NCBI GenBank assembly: GCA_963801015.1
Contig: CAWDCV010000002.1
Span: forward strand, 1,060,118 to 1,124,117
Direction: 5' to 3'
From: an uncultured Actinomycetota bacterium
GTDB taxonomy: Bacteria; Actinomycetota; Actinomycetes; CAWDCV01
DNA: 64,000 nucleotides
Shown here: positions 19,947 through 29,153 of the stretch, piece after piece
Position numbering within the stretch: the first letter of the stretch is position 1
Layout: the number at the start of each line of letters is the position of its first letter
Notes under the pieces: generated by a model
Seen by the model: only the letters and a program-made list of their open reading frames with translations
Told to the model about the DNA's origin: nothing
Database searches by the model: none
Program-made: the position numbers and the translations under genes

Positions 19947-22939
19947 GTGAGCGGCAACCGGTCAGAGCGGCGGTCGTTGAGCGACCTGCTGGCTGAGCGG
20001 CACGGCAGCGAGCCAGCGGGTAGCGCCGAGGCTTTCCAGGCTCCTCCTCCGGACGAGGAGACCGCCGCTGAGGAGACGGCGCCAGGCAACCGTGCAACGC
20101 CCGTCGGCCGCCCCGGATCCATGGCCGCGCGGCTGGCCGCGACCCGGAAAGCCCAGCAGGAACGTCGCAGGCAGCGTCCGCCACGCGGCGAAACAGACAC
20201 AGCGGACGCGTCCACCGCGCCGACCGATGAGCCGGCGGCGCACGGTGTCAACGGGGTGACACAGGAGGCGCCCGCCGCTCCCGAATCGGCCACTCCCGAA
20301 TCAGCCAAATCAGCCGCTCCCGAATCAGCCGCTCCCGACGAGGAAGCGCCGGTACGCCCTCGACCCGGCTCGGCGGCGGCCCGACTGGCCGCCGCGCGGC
20401 GCGCCCGCCAAGCTCGCCGGGAGGCCGCTCGCGAGCAGCGCGAGGCGACCGCAACGCCGGTGGCGCCGGCTGCGCCGGCTGCGCCGCCGCCGAGCCAGCC
20501 AAACCCCCCAAGCCAGCCGAGCCAGCCAAATCCCCCAAGCCAGCCGAGCCAGCGGCGGAGGCATCGCCGAAGCCAGCTGCGTCGCCCGAGCGGGCTGCGC
20601 CACCCGAGCCTGGCCGCCGACAAGCCCGGAGCTCGACATCGCCGACGCCCGTCCCGCCCGAGCGGGCTGCGCCACCCGAGCCTGCCGCCGACAAGCCCGT
20701 GAGCTCGACATCGCCGACGCCCGTCCCGCCCAAGCCCGCTGCGGCGACACCGCCCGCTGCACCCAAGCCCACTGCACCCAAGCCCACTGCACCCAAGCCA
20801 GCGGCGCCCAAGCCCGCTGCGGCGAAGCCCGCCGCGCCGAAGCCGAAGCCACCGGACGCACCTCAGCCCGCCGATGCACCGCCGGCAGCGCGCCCGACCC
20901 CAGAACCCGCGCCGCCGAAGACTGCTGCGCCGAAACCGAAGCCGGCAGTGTCCGCAACGCCACAACCCGCGCCGGCACCGCCACCACCGGCAGTCACGCC
21001 GGAGCCCATCGCCGCCCGGACGGCACAACCACCGCCCGCGTCCGCTCCAGCTGGTCCCGCTGTTGACTTGCCGAACTTTGGCGTCGTCGCGACGGTCATC
21101 GCGTTGATCGCTGCAGCCATCCTGCCCCTCCTCGCTCTCGGCGCCGCGTCGAGCGCAACGATTGCCGAAGGTGGCTACGTCGTCCGCGCCTTCGCCGCTT
21201 CCGAGATCCCCGGCGCGCTCGCGTCGACGTCCGTGGCAGATCGCCTGCTCGGTGCCTATGCCAGCGCCACCGGCGCCTTCACCGGTGACGGCAGCCCGGT
21301 GCTCGCTGGCCGCGTCCCCATGCTCCTCGCGGCAGCGGTCGGTGTCGGACTCGTCTACCTGCTCGGCCGCCACCTGACCCACTCGCGCGTCACCGCGGTC
21401 GTAGCGGCGGTCCTGTTCGGGCTATCGCCGCTGTCGATCACGCTGCACCGCATGGTCGATCCGGCGAATCTCGCCATCCCGTGCATGCTCGCGGCGATCC
21501 TGCTCGCCGCGTCCGCGACGAAGCCCAGCGTCACGCGACGGGGACGTTTCCTCGTGGTCGGCCTTGCTGCCGTCCTCGCGCTGCTCGCGCTGCTCATTGC
21601 TCCCATGCTGCTCGTTGTCGTGCCCACGGTGAGCTGGTTCGCCTGGGAGGCGCTGCGACCGACGATCCGCGATCGCGTCGTCGATGCCGTCGCGCCCGCC
21701 GTGATGGCCGTCGCGTGGCTCGTGACCTACCTCTTGGTCCGTTCCGGCGTCGGATCGACTGGACTCGGCAGCGGCGCCGAGAGCATCTCGCTGGACGTCC
21801 TGATCGGGCCCGACCCGGTGTTCGTCGTGCTTTCGATCCTCACTGCGTCGGGTGCGCTGTTGCTCGGACGGCTGCGCGTCGTCTCGGCGACGCTGCTCGT
21901 GCTCGTGCTGCTCTGCTTCTTCCCTGGGTCAGCCTCGCGCGTCAGTGCCGCGATCGCGGCCGTCCCGTTCGCTGCCCTGGTCATCCCGAGCGCGGTCGAA
22001 GCCGCCTGGCTGCACTGGCGCGAGGTCACCTCCGAGGAGTCCGCGCGGCTGCGTCGACTCGGTCCAGCCATCGTCGTCGGCCTGCTCGTCGTTCTCGCGC
22101 TGCCGATCTGGCTGGTCCGCCTGGGTCCCGAGGTCGCCTCCCGATCCGACGGCGATCCGGCCCGCGCTGTCGCTGATTTCCTCGACAGCGAGGTCTCCGA
22201 CGACGAGGCCGTCCTCGTTGACGACGCGACCTGGGTCGTCCTCGCCCGCGCCAGCGACGACCTGGCCGCGCGGATGCCGTACGACGCCGTGCGCTCCGGT
22301 GGCGCATTCGTACGATCGGGTCTCGATCCGTCCCTCGCGGTGGCCGCCGAAGGCGTCCGTGACGAGCGGTTGCGCGATTTCCTCGACCGCTCGCGCCCGC
22401 TGGCCGCATTCGGCCCGCTGGTCATCCGCCAGGTGACCCAGTCGGCCACGCAGAACCGCCCGTCCAGCCAACCCACGCCGAGCGAGACACCGCTGCTGTC
22501 ACCCGAACAGGAGCGAGCAGATCCGCTGCCTGCCGAGGAGCTCGCCGAACGGCGTGCGGCCGGTGCCGACCTGCTCCGCAACAGCAAGCTCATCGCCGAG
22601 CCACCAGCGGTCGCTGCGCTCGAACAGGGTCAGGTCGATCCCCGGTTGCTGTCGGTGCTGGTCTCCGCGATCTTCAGCCAGACGATCCGGGTCGCCGACT
22701 TCCCGGCCGCTCGTGGCGAGGAGGGCACCGACGCCGCGCGGCGCACCGCGATCATCACCCAGATCGACGGAGCGCCGGTCGATGCGAACGGGGAGGCCAC
22801 CGAGAAGCTCGTGCGCTTCCTCCAGGCACAGCTGCCGACGTACCGCCCGGCTGACGTGTCCGTCTCGTTGACCGGTTCCAGCTTGACCATCCGCTATGAC
22901 GCCCCGAGCCCCGTAGGACTCCTCGCGAGGGGGACCTGA
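19947..22939 (+). CDS. large Pro/Ala-rich repeat protein with C-terminal polytopic membrane domain (GT-C/PMT_2-like glycosyltransferase fold suspected); apparent frameshift near 20481-20492
   Basis: Frame 0 (19947..) encodes the N-terminus with internal repeats (GSMAARLAATRKAQQERRRQ / GSAAARLAAARRARQARREA). From ~20490 the adjacent frame encodes natural PAxxPK repeats (AEPAKPPKPAEPAKSPKPAEP...PKPTAPKPTAPKPAAPKPAAAKPAAPKPKPP) and runs without a stop into the 746-aa ORF 20699..22939 (>10 TM helices plus a soluble C-terminal domain). Frame 0 itself becomes an Arg-rich nonsense tail. Confidence 0.6.
20460..20830 (+). repeat. in-frame coding tandem repeats (30-bp SQP/PKPAEP unit x2-3; ~75-bp unit x2 at ~20583-20735; 15-bp aagcccactgcaccc unit x3)
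   Basis: Direct repeats visible in sequence. The two ~75-bp copies differ by a +1 and a -1 indel that compensate each other (PEPGRRQARSSTSP versus PEPAADKPVSSTSP). Confidence 0.7.
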
Positions 22940-22968
22940 TGCTCACCAGAAAGAGAAGGGGAGGAATA

Positions 22969-23874
22969 GTGAAATCTCGTATGCGCGCCATGGCATCGGC
23001 AGGAGCCGCCGCCGTCGCGCTTCTCGCGGCCTCATGGGCAGGTGCTGCCCCGGCGGTCGCTCAAACGGACTCGGTCGTCCCGACGTCCACCGGCTGGGTG
23101 CGGCTTGCCCACCTGTCCCCGGACACGCCGAACGTCGACGTCTACCTCACCTCGTTCGACCGACCCGATTTCCGCGAGGTGTTTCCCGGCGTCGGCTACG
23201 GCGTCGTCTCCGACTACCAGCGACTCGAGCCGGGCCGCTACAACGTCGAGATGCGGCCGGCAGGTGCCGCCGAGAGCACGCCGCCGGTGATCTCCGCAGC
23301 CGCGGACGTCCAGGGCGGCCTCGCGTACACCGTGGCGGGTCTCGGCCAAAATGCGCAGCTGCAGCTCAAGGTGCTGTCGGACGACCTGTCGCTGCCGCCC
23401 TCGGGGCAGGCCAAGGTGCGAATCGTCAACGCCTCGCTCAACGCGCCGCTCGTCGACGTGTCGGTGCAGAACGGGCCGACCGTAGCGACGGGCGTGGCGT
23501 TCGCCAACTCGTCGCAGTACGGCTCCGTCCCGGCCGGTTCGTGGACGCTGTCGGTCACGCCCAAGGAGGGGGCGACGACACCCTCCACCGGCAACGTCGA
23601 CCTCGCCGCGGGCAGCGTGTACTCGGTGCTGCTCCTGGACGAGGCGGATGGAACCGTCGAGGTCGTCACCCACACCGACGCATCGGCGGCTGGAGCCGCA
23701 GCGGCTGGCGGCGTCGCCACCGGGCTCGGTGGTACGGCCGGAGGCAGCTCCTCGCTGCCGCTAACCGTGTTGGCGATCGGCGCCGGTGTGCTACTCGCCG
23801 GTGCGCTCGGGCTGCGCCGCATGCTCGTCCCGGCTCGTGGCCGCTACGTCGCGTCCCACCGGATGCCCGGCTGA
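22969..23874 (+). CDS. DUF4397 domain-containing secreted/surface protein with C-terminal membrane anchor
   Basis: AGGGGAGGAA RBS then GTG 22969. Signal peptide MRAMASAGAAAVALLAASWAGAAPAVA, then DUF4397 repeats (VRLAHLSPDTPNVDVYL..., KVRIVNASLNAPLVDVSV...). The C-terminus reads GGTAGGSSSLPLTVLAIGAGVLLAGALGLRRM... Confidence 0.75.
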   Translation: MKSRMRAMASAGAAAVALLAASWAGAAPAVAQTDSVVPTSTGWVRLAHLSPDTPNVDVYLTSFDRPDFREVFPGVGYGVVSDYQRLEPGRYNVEMRPAGAAESTPPVISAAADVQGGLAYTVAGLGQNAQLQLKVLSDDLSLPPSGQAKVRIVNASLNAPLVDVSVQNGPTVATGVAFANSSQYGSVPAGSWTLSVTPKEGATTPSTGNVDLAAGSVYSVLLLDEADGTVEVVTHTDASAAGAAAAGGVATGLGGTAGGSSSLPLTVLAIGAGVLLAGALGLRRMLVPARGRYVASHRMPG

Positions 23875-24461
23875 ATCGCTCCATCCAGCTGCTCGCCGCC
23901 GCGGTGCTCCTTGCCGCGGCGGCGGGCTGTGGGACGCGCTCCGACTCCGGGACCGCGTCCGCGCCTCGGCAGGAATCGCCGCCCCCAACGATCTCGTCGA
24001 CAATGATCCCGGTGCTGCGGTCAGCAGCGCCGGTCTCGCTGACGATCCCCAAGCTCGACCTGGCCGTCGACCTCGAGCGCCTAGGCCTCGACGATGCCGG
24101 GGCGCTCATTCCGCCGCAGGACTTCGCTCGACCCGGCTGGTACGTCGACAGCGCGGTCCCCGGTGACGTCGGCCCCGCTGTGATCGCCGGCCACGTCGAC
24201 TCGCGCAACGGGCCCGCCGTCTTCTACGACTTGCGCGAGCTAGCGCCAGGAGACGTCGTCGACGTCGGCCGTGAGGACGGCAGCACGGCCCGCTTCAGCG
24301 TCCTCGGCACCGAGCAGTACCCCAAGGACGAGTTCCCGACCCAGGCGGTCTACGGCCCCACGCCGGATGCGGAACTGCGCCTCATCACCTGCGGCGGCGT
24401 GTTCGACCGGGCGGCGCGCTCGTATCGCGACAACGTCGTCGTCTACGCGGTCGCCGCCTGA
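23871..24461 (+). CDS. class F sortase (transpeptidase); start codon unresolved
   Basis: Catalytic domain motifs: TIPKLDLAVDLERLG...GWYVDSAVPGDVGPAVIAGHVD...LRLITCGGVFD...NVVVYAV. The in-frame N-terminus LNRSIQLLAAAVLLAAAAGCG has no ATG/GTG; an ATG at 23863 (MPG) is one base out of frame, a possible homopolymer indel. Confidence 0.75.
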   Translation: MNRSIQLLAAAVLLAAAAGCGTRSDSGTASAPRQESPPPTISSTMIPVLRSAAPVSLTIPKLDLAVDLERLGLDDAGALIPPQDFARPGWYVDSAVPGDVGPAVIAGHVDSRNGPAVFYDLRELAPGDVVDVGREDGSTARFSVLGTEQYPKDEFPTQAVYGPTPDAELRLITCGGVFDRAARSYRDNVVVYAVAA

Positions 24462-24492
24462 CCTGCGCTGCGGACAATGGCGCGAGGGCCGG

Positions 24493-25722
24493 CTACCAGG
24501 TCGGACGCAGCGGCATTCCCGACGTGCCGTCGTCGGAGGTTCGCACGCCGAGCACCTGATGCAGCTCGATCTGGTCGCGATCGAACCCCAGCCGGGACGC
24601 CGCCATGTACAGACGCCACACCCGCGCTCGTCCCTCGCCGACCTCCCGCACCGACTCGTCCCAGTGCTCGTCGAGGTTGGCCACCCAGGCGCGAACCGTG
24701 CGCGCGTAATGCTCCCTGAGGTTCTCCTCGTGCCGCACCTCGAGCCCGCTGTCCTGCATCGCCGACACCAGCGTGCCGACGCCTTCGAGCTCGCCGTCGG
24801 GGAAGACGTACCGACTGATGAACTTGCCTGCCTGGGCGGGCGCCGTCGTCGTCGGACGGGTGATGCAGTGATTGAGCAGCCGACCCTCGGGACGCAGCTT
24901 CGCCCGCAGGAAACTGAAGTACGCGGCCAGCTGGCCCTTGCCGACGTGCTCCGTCAAACCGATCGACGACACGGCGTCGTACGACATGCCGGGAGCGTCG
25001 CGGTAGTCGAGGAAGCGCACATCCGCCCGATCGGACAGGCCTCGCTCGGCGATCGCCTTCTGCGCCCACTCCGCCTGCCGCCGGGACAGCGTGACACCGA
25101 GAGCCTGGACGCCGTAGTGCTCGGCAGCATGCATCACCATGCCGCCCCAGCCACAGCCGACGTCGAGTAGACGCTCGCCCTCCTTCAGGTCGAGCTTTCG
25201 CGCCACGAGATCGAACTTCTCGTGCTGCGCCTCCTCGAGCGTGGCGTCCGGACGCGGATACACAGCGCACGTGTACGCCATCGACGGCCCGAGGAACATC
25301 TCGTAGAAGCGGTTGGATACGTCGTAGTGGTGCGCGATCGCCTCCGCGTCGCGCCGACGCGAATGACGCTGTCCGCGCAGCTTCACCTCTTCGCGCGGTC
25401 GCGGCACGGGGCGCAGTAGTCCGGGGCCGAAATCGCGCACGAGCTGGGCTCGCTCGCGGATCGAGAGACGTCCCAATCGCGGATCGCTGAGCGCGCGCAA
25501 TGCGTCGTAGAGGTCACCGTGCACGTCCAGTTGGCCGGTGACGTACGCCCGTGCGAGTCCGAGCTCGCCGGGCGACGTGGCGATGTATCTGACAGCCAGC
25601 GGCGTACGAATGTCGATACACACTGGAGCATCGGACGGGCCCGTGGCGCTCCCGTCATAGGCCTCGAAGCGGACGGGGACGTCCGACTCCATCACCCGCG
25701 TGAACACGTCGGAGAGCTTCAT
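24493..25722 (-). CDS. bfaB: cyclopropane-fatty-acyl-phospholipid synthase family SAM-dependent methyltransferase (10-methylene-stearate forming, BfaB-like)
   Basis: GGAGG RBS 9 nt before ATG 25722; MKLSDVFTRVMESDVPVRFEAYDGS..., LDVGCGWGGM SAM motif, CFA-synthase C-terminal region; 5 nt downstream of the FAD oxidoreductase gene on the same strand. Confidence 0.8.
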   Translation of the reverse strand: MKLSDVFTRVMESDVPVRFEAYDGSATGPSDAPVCIDIRTPLAVRYIATSPGELGLARAYVTGQLDVHGDLYDALRALSDPRLGRLSIRERAQLVRDFGPGLLRPVPRPREEVKLRGQRHSRRRDAEAIAHHYDVSNRFYEMFLGPSMAYTCAVYPRPDATLEEAQHEKFDLVARKLDLKEGERLLDVGCGWGGMVMHAAEHYGVQALGVTLSRRQAEWAQKAIAERGLSDRADVRFLDYRDAPGMSYDAVSSIGLTEHVGKGQLAAYFSFLRAKLRPEGRLLNHCITRPTTTAPAQAGKFISRYVFPDGELEGVGTLVSAMQDSGLEVRHEENLREHYARTVRAWVANLDEHWDESVREVGEGRARVWRLYMAASRLGFDRDQIELHQVLGVRTSDDGTSGMPLRPTW

Positions 25723-25727
25723 GGCAG

Positions 25728-27104
25728 TCACCTCCTGCGTACGCACTTCTCGTACAGATCGAGTAGTCGACCGTCGGGATCGTAGGTCTTCTTCAGCAGG
25801 TCGTAGGCCGAGCCACCGTAGAGCTCCCAGAAGTGATCCTCCTCGTAGAAAGCCGTGCTGTAGAGCGATTTCCGGCCGCCGAGCTCCTCCACCTTCTCCT
25901 CGATGCGTCGGTTGTAGGTGCCCTCCGCCTCGTCCGGCTGCAACGGTACGGAGGACCAGAAGCCGAAGTTGACGTACAGCTTCGACGGGTCGAGAGAGTA
26001 GAGGTCCCAGGTGACATCGGCGCTGCGCTGCCGTAACGGACACGCCCACACCGGCGAGATGCCGATCTCGTTGACGAAGAACTCGTGGAACTCGGCTGCC
26101 TTCTCGATCGGCACCTCGATGTCCTGCACGACCGTCTCGCGCGCTGGACGGCCGCGCAGCCGGTCGTACCGGGCCGAAAGCTGGTAGCGCCGATCCCACC
26201 CGACGATGCGCCAGTAGGTATCGGATCGCAGCCGATCCTTGGGCCACAGCCGGCGCAGCCACGGTTGCTGCGCGCCGAACGCCCGCGAGCACCAGAACCA
26301 GTCGGTGTCCCATCGCCACAGGTAGTCGTGGGTGGTGAGCACATCGTGCGTTCGGCGCTGGATCGACCGGTAGTAAACGTCCATCCCCGTGTAGTCGCTG
26401 ACAGCATCAGCAGTCGACACAAAGCGCCCGATCGTCAAGTAGAGCTCGCCGCGGCTGAACAGCGTGGCGTCGACGAAGTCGCCCGAGGGTTCGGCGCACG
26501 CCTCGTCCATGGCGGCGAAGAGGTCGGTCGCTGTGCTGAATCGGCGGTGCTGCAGCTCGACGTACGGCTGCACGGGCTCGAGCTCGATGGTGAGCCGCAG
26601 CGCGTAGCCGAGCGTCCCGTAGGAGTTGGGGAAGCCGTAGTACAGCGCGCGGTGCTCATGCGTCTTCGCCCCTCCAGGAGCGGAGTCAGGGGTGGCGACG
26701 ATCACGCGTCCATCGCCGGTCATCACCTCGAGCTCGAGGACGGACTCGTGCGGCAAGCCGTTGCGGAACGACGATGATTCGATGCCGAGGCCGGTGACCG
26801 CGCCGCCGAGGGTGATGGTGCGAAGCTGTGGGACGACGCGCGGCATGAGTCCGTACGGCAACGTGGCGGCGACGAGGTCCTCGTACGTTGTCATGCCCTG
26901 CACGTCAGCGGTTCGACGCTCCGGATCGACGGACAGCACACCGCTGAAGTCGTGGACCCGCAGACCAGGGGCAGTGGTGGCGGCACGAGTTCGGAACAGG
27001 TTCGACGTCTGCTTCGCCAGCCGGACCGGAGCGTCTGCCGGGAGGGCGGCGTAGTCCGCCTGCACTCTGGACCGTCGTTCCTCGTACGCGTCGTACGCCC
27101 CCAT
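25728..27104 (-). CDS. bfaA: FAD-binding oxidoreductase (BfaA-like partner of the Cfa-family methyltransferase; tuberculostearic acid pathway)
   Basis: 458-aa PCMH-type FAD-binding domain protein (TLGGAVTGLGIESSSFRNG) immediately upstream of the cfa-like gene on the same strand; this gene pairing is the one described for 10-methyl branched fatty acid synthesis in mycobacteria. Confidence 0.7.
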   Translation of the reverse strand: MGAYDAYEERRSRVQADYAALPADAPVRLAKQTSNLFRTRAATTAPGLRVHDFSGVLSVDPERRTADVQGMTTYEDLVAATLPYGLMPRVVPQLRTITLGGAVTGLGIESSSFRNGLPHESVLELEVMTGDGRVIVATPDSAPGGAKTHEHRALYYGFPNSYGTLGYALRLTIELEPVQPYVELQHRRFSTATDLFAAMDEACAEPSGDFVDATLFSRGELYLTIGRFVSTADAVSDYTGMDVYYRSIQRRTHDVLTTHDYLWRWDTDWFWCSRAFGAQQPWLRRLWPKDRLRSDTYWRIVGWDRRYQLSARYDRLRGRPARETVVQDIEVPIEKAAEFHEFFVNEIGISPVWACPLRQRSADVTWDLYSLDPSKLYVNFGFWSSVPLQPDEAEGTYNRRIEEKVEELGGRKSLYSTAFYEEDHFWELYGGSAYDLLKKTYDPDGRLLDLYEKCVRRR

Positions 27105-27819
27105 GAAGCATCACGGTATCGGGCGGATCAAGATGGGCGGTATGACGCTTCCCACTCCTCCCGTCGGCACCATCGCGGTGTGGAGCGACATCGGCTGCCC
27201 CTGGGCGACGCTCGCCCTACATCGTCTGTACGGCGCTCGCGCGCGCCTCGGTCTGGACGACCGGGTCGTTGTCGACCACGGCTTGTTCCTGCTCGAAGAC
27301 GTGAACGAAGCACCGACGCGCCGTTCGACCCACGATGCCGAGATCCCGGTGATCGGCACTCGGGCGCCGGAGCTCGAGCTGACGCTGTGGCATGCCGACG
27401 TCTCGGCCTGGCCGGTGAGCACCGCGCTGGCGAACGAAGCCGTGCACGCCGCCAAGTCCCAGTCGCTGAGTGCAGCGGAGCAGCTGGACATGGCCCTGCG
27501 GCTAGCCTTCTTCCGCGACAGTCGCTGCATCAGCTTGCTGCACGAAGTCATCGCCGTTGCCGAAACGTGCTCCCGAGTCGACGTCGCGGCACTGCGTGCC
27601 GCACTCGACGACGGAAGCGCTCGCGGCCCGATGATGCGCCGCTATCGGACGCATGCCGGCGACGTGCAGGGCAGCCCACACTTCGTCCTTCCGAATGGTT
27701 ACGAGGTTCACAATCCTGGGATGTCTCTGCGCTGGCTCGGCAAGGCCGGCGGCTTTCCGGTGATCGACGAGGACGACCCGTCGGTGTACGACGACCTGGT
27801 GAGACGCGCCGCCGCCTGA
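27103..27819 (+). CDS. DsbA family (FrnE-like) thioredoxin-fold oxidoreductase
   Basis: CPWA active-site motif (VWSDIGCPWATLA) in a DsbA-like thioredoxin domain; the start is more likely ATG 27133 or 27142. Confidence 0.7.
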   Translation: MKHHGIGRIKMGGMTLPTPPVGTIAVWSDIGCPWATLALHRLYGARARLGLDDRVVVDHGLFLLEDVNEAPTRRSTHDAEIPVIGTRAPELELTLWHADVSAWPVSTALANEAVHAAKSQSLSAAEQLDMALRLAFFRDSRCISLLHEVIAVAETCSRVDVAALRAALDDGSARGPMMRRYRTHAGDVQGSPHFVLPNGYEVHNPGMSLRWLGKAGGFPVIDEDDPSVYDDLVRRAAA

Positions 27820-27869
27820 CCCTCACCGGCGATGCTGACCGACACCGAACTCGGCGGTTGCCCACCGAG

Positions 27870-29153
27870 TCAGGTGCTTTGCTCGATGGCCTCGACGACG
27901 GCTGACGTCAGCGCCTTCGTGTCCGCTTCATCGACGATGTACGGCGGCATGAGGTAGACGAGCCTTCCGAACGGGCGAACCCAGACGCCGAGATCGACGA
28001 GCAACGGCTGGATCACGCGCATGTCGACGGGTTGGCGCATCTCCACGACACCGATCGCGCCGAGCACCCGAACGTCGGCGACGCCGGGGAGCCCCGCGGC
28101 CGGGCTGAGACCCTGGCGGAGCCGCTGCGACAGCGTGTCGACCGTGCTCTGCCACGACGATGCGAGCAGCACCTCGATGCTCGCGCGCGACACGGATGCA
28201 GCAAGCGGATTACCCATGAACGTCGGGCCGTGCATGAACGCGCCGCCCTCACCGCTGCAGATCACTTCGGCTACTGACGACGTGCACAGCGTCGCCGCCA
28301 TGGATACGTACCCGCCGGTCATCGCTTTCCCGAGGCAGAGGATGTCCGGGACGACCCCGGCGTGGTGGCTGGCGAAGAGTCTGCCGGTGCGGCCGAACCC
28401 GGTCGCGATCTCATCGAAGATGAGCAGTGCGTCGTAGGCGTCGCACAGTTCACGCAGTCGAGGTAAATAGCCAGGTGTGAAGAAGCGCATGCCGCCCGCA
28501 CCTTGCACGATCGGCTCGAGAACAACACCGGCTATCTCGTCACGGTGGATGACAAGCAGACGCTCGAACTCCTCGATCCAGCCGTCCTCAACCTCTGCGT
28601 CATACCCGGGCGGCGGAGCGGGAGCGAAAACCTGCCGCGCCAGCATCGCCGAGAACAGGTGGTGCATCCCCGTGACCGGATCGCAGACCGACATGGCGCC
28701 AGACGTGTCCCCGTGGTAGCCACTGCGGACCGTGAGAAAGCGTGTCCGGCGCGGGTAGCCGCGCGCGTGCTCGTGCTGCACCGCCATCTTCAGGGCTATC
28801 TCGACGGCAACCGACCCGGAGTCGCAGAAGAACACCTTCGTCAGCGGTTCGGGGGTGATGTCGACGAGAAGCTGCGCGAGCTGTACCACGGGCTCGTGCG
28901 TCAGCCCGCCGAGCATCACGTGCGCCATGGAGTCGAGCTGGGTACGTACCACCTCGTCGAGCACCGGGTGCGCGTAGCCGTGGATGGCCGCCCACCACGA
29001 CGACATGCCGTCGATCAGCTCACGGCCGTCGGCTAGCACCAGCCGCACCCCGCGAGCTCGGACGACCGGCTGAACGGGCAGCGGGTCGACCATCGAGGCG
29101 TACGGGTGCCACACGTGCGCACGGTCGGCGGCGAGTAGGTCTTCGACGTTCAT
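27870..29153 (-). CDS. bioA: adenosylmethionine-8-amino-7-oxononanoate aminotransferase
   Basis: MNVEDLLAADRAHVWHPYASM..., class III PLP aminotransferase motifs (LIFDEIATGFGRTG, CLGKAMTGGY); ATG 29153 placed in preference to the long upstream in-frame extension of the track ORF. Confidence 0.85.
   Translation of the reverse strand: MNVEDLLAADRAHVWHPYASMVDPLPVQPVVRARGVRLVLADGRELIDGMSSWWAAIHGYAHPVLDEVVRTQLDSMAHVMLGGLTHEPVVQLAQLLVDITPEPLTKVFFCDSGSVAVEIALKMAVQHEHARGYPRRTRFLTVRSGYHGDTSGAMSVCDPVTGMHHLFSAMLARQVFAPAPPPGYDAEVEDGWIEEFERLLVIHRDEIAGVVLEPIVQGAGGMRFFTPGYLPRLRELCDAYDALLIFDEIATGFGRTGRLFASHHAGVVPDILCLGKAMTGGYVSMAATLCTSSVAEVICSGEGGAFMHGPTFMGNPLAASVSRASIEVLLASSWQSTVDTLSQRLRQGLSPAAGLPGVADVRVLGAIGVVEMRQPVDMRVIQPLLVDLGVWVRPFGRLVYLMPPYIVDEADTKALTSAVVEAIEQST

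Noticed and set aside
20460-20830. Possible CRISPR array (direct repeats)
   Set aside because: The repeats are contiguous, in-frame coding tandem repeats of 15-75 bp without unique spacers; no cas genes in the window.
19613-21382. 589-aa minus-strand ORF
   Set aside because: Antisense to the Pro/Ala-rich repeat gene; Gly/Arg/Cys-rich low complexity generated by the complementary repeats.
23034-23870. Long N-terminal extension of the sortase ORF (track 23034..24461)
   Set aside because: Arg-rich nonsense that overlaps the DUF4397 gene in another frame; only the C-terminal 197 aa are sortase-like.
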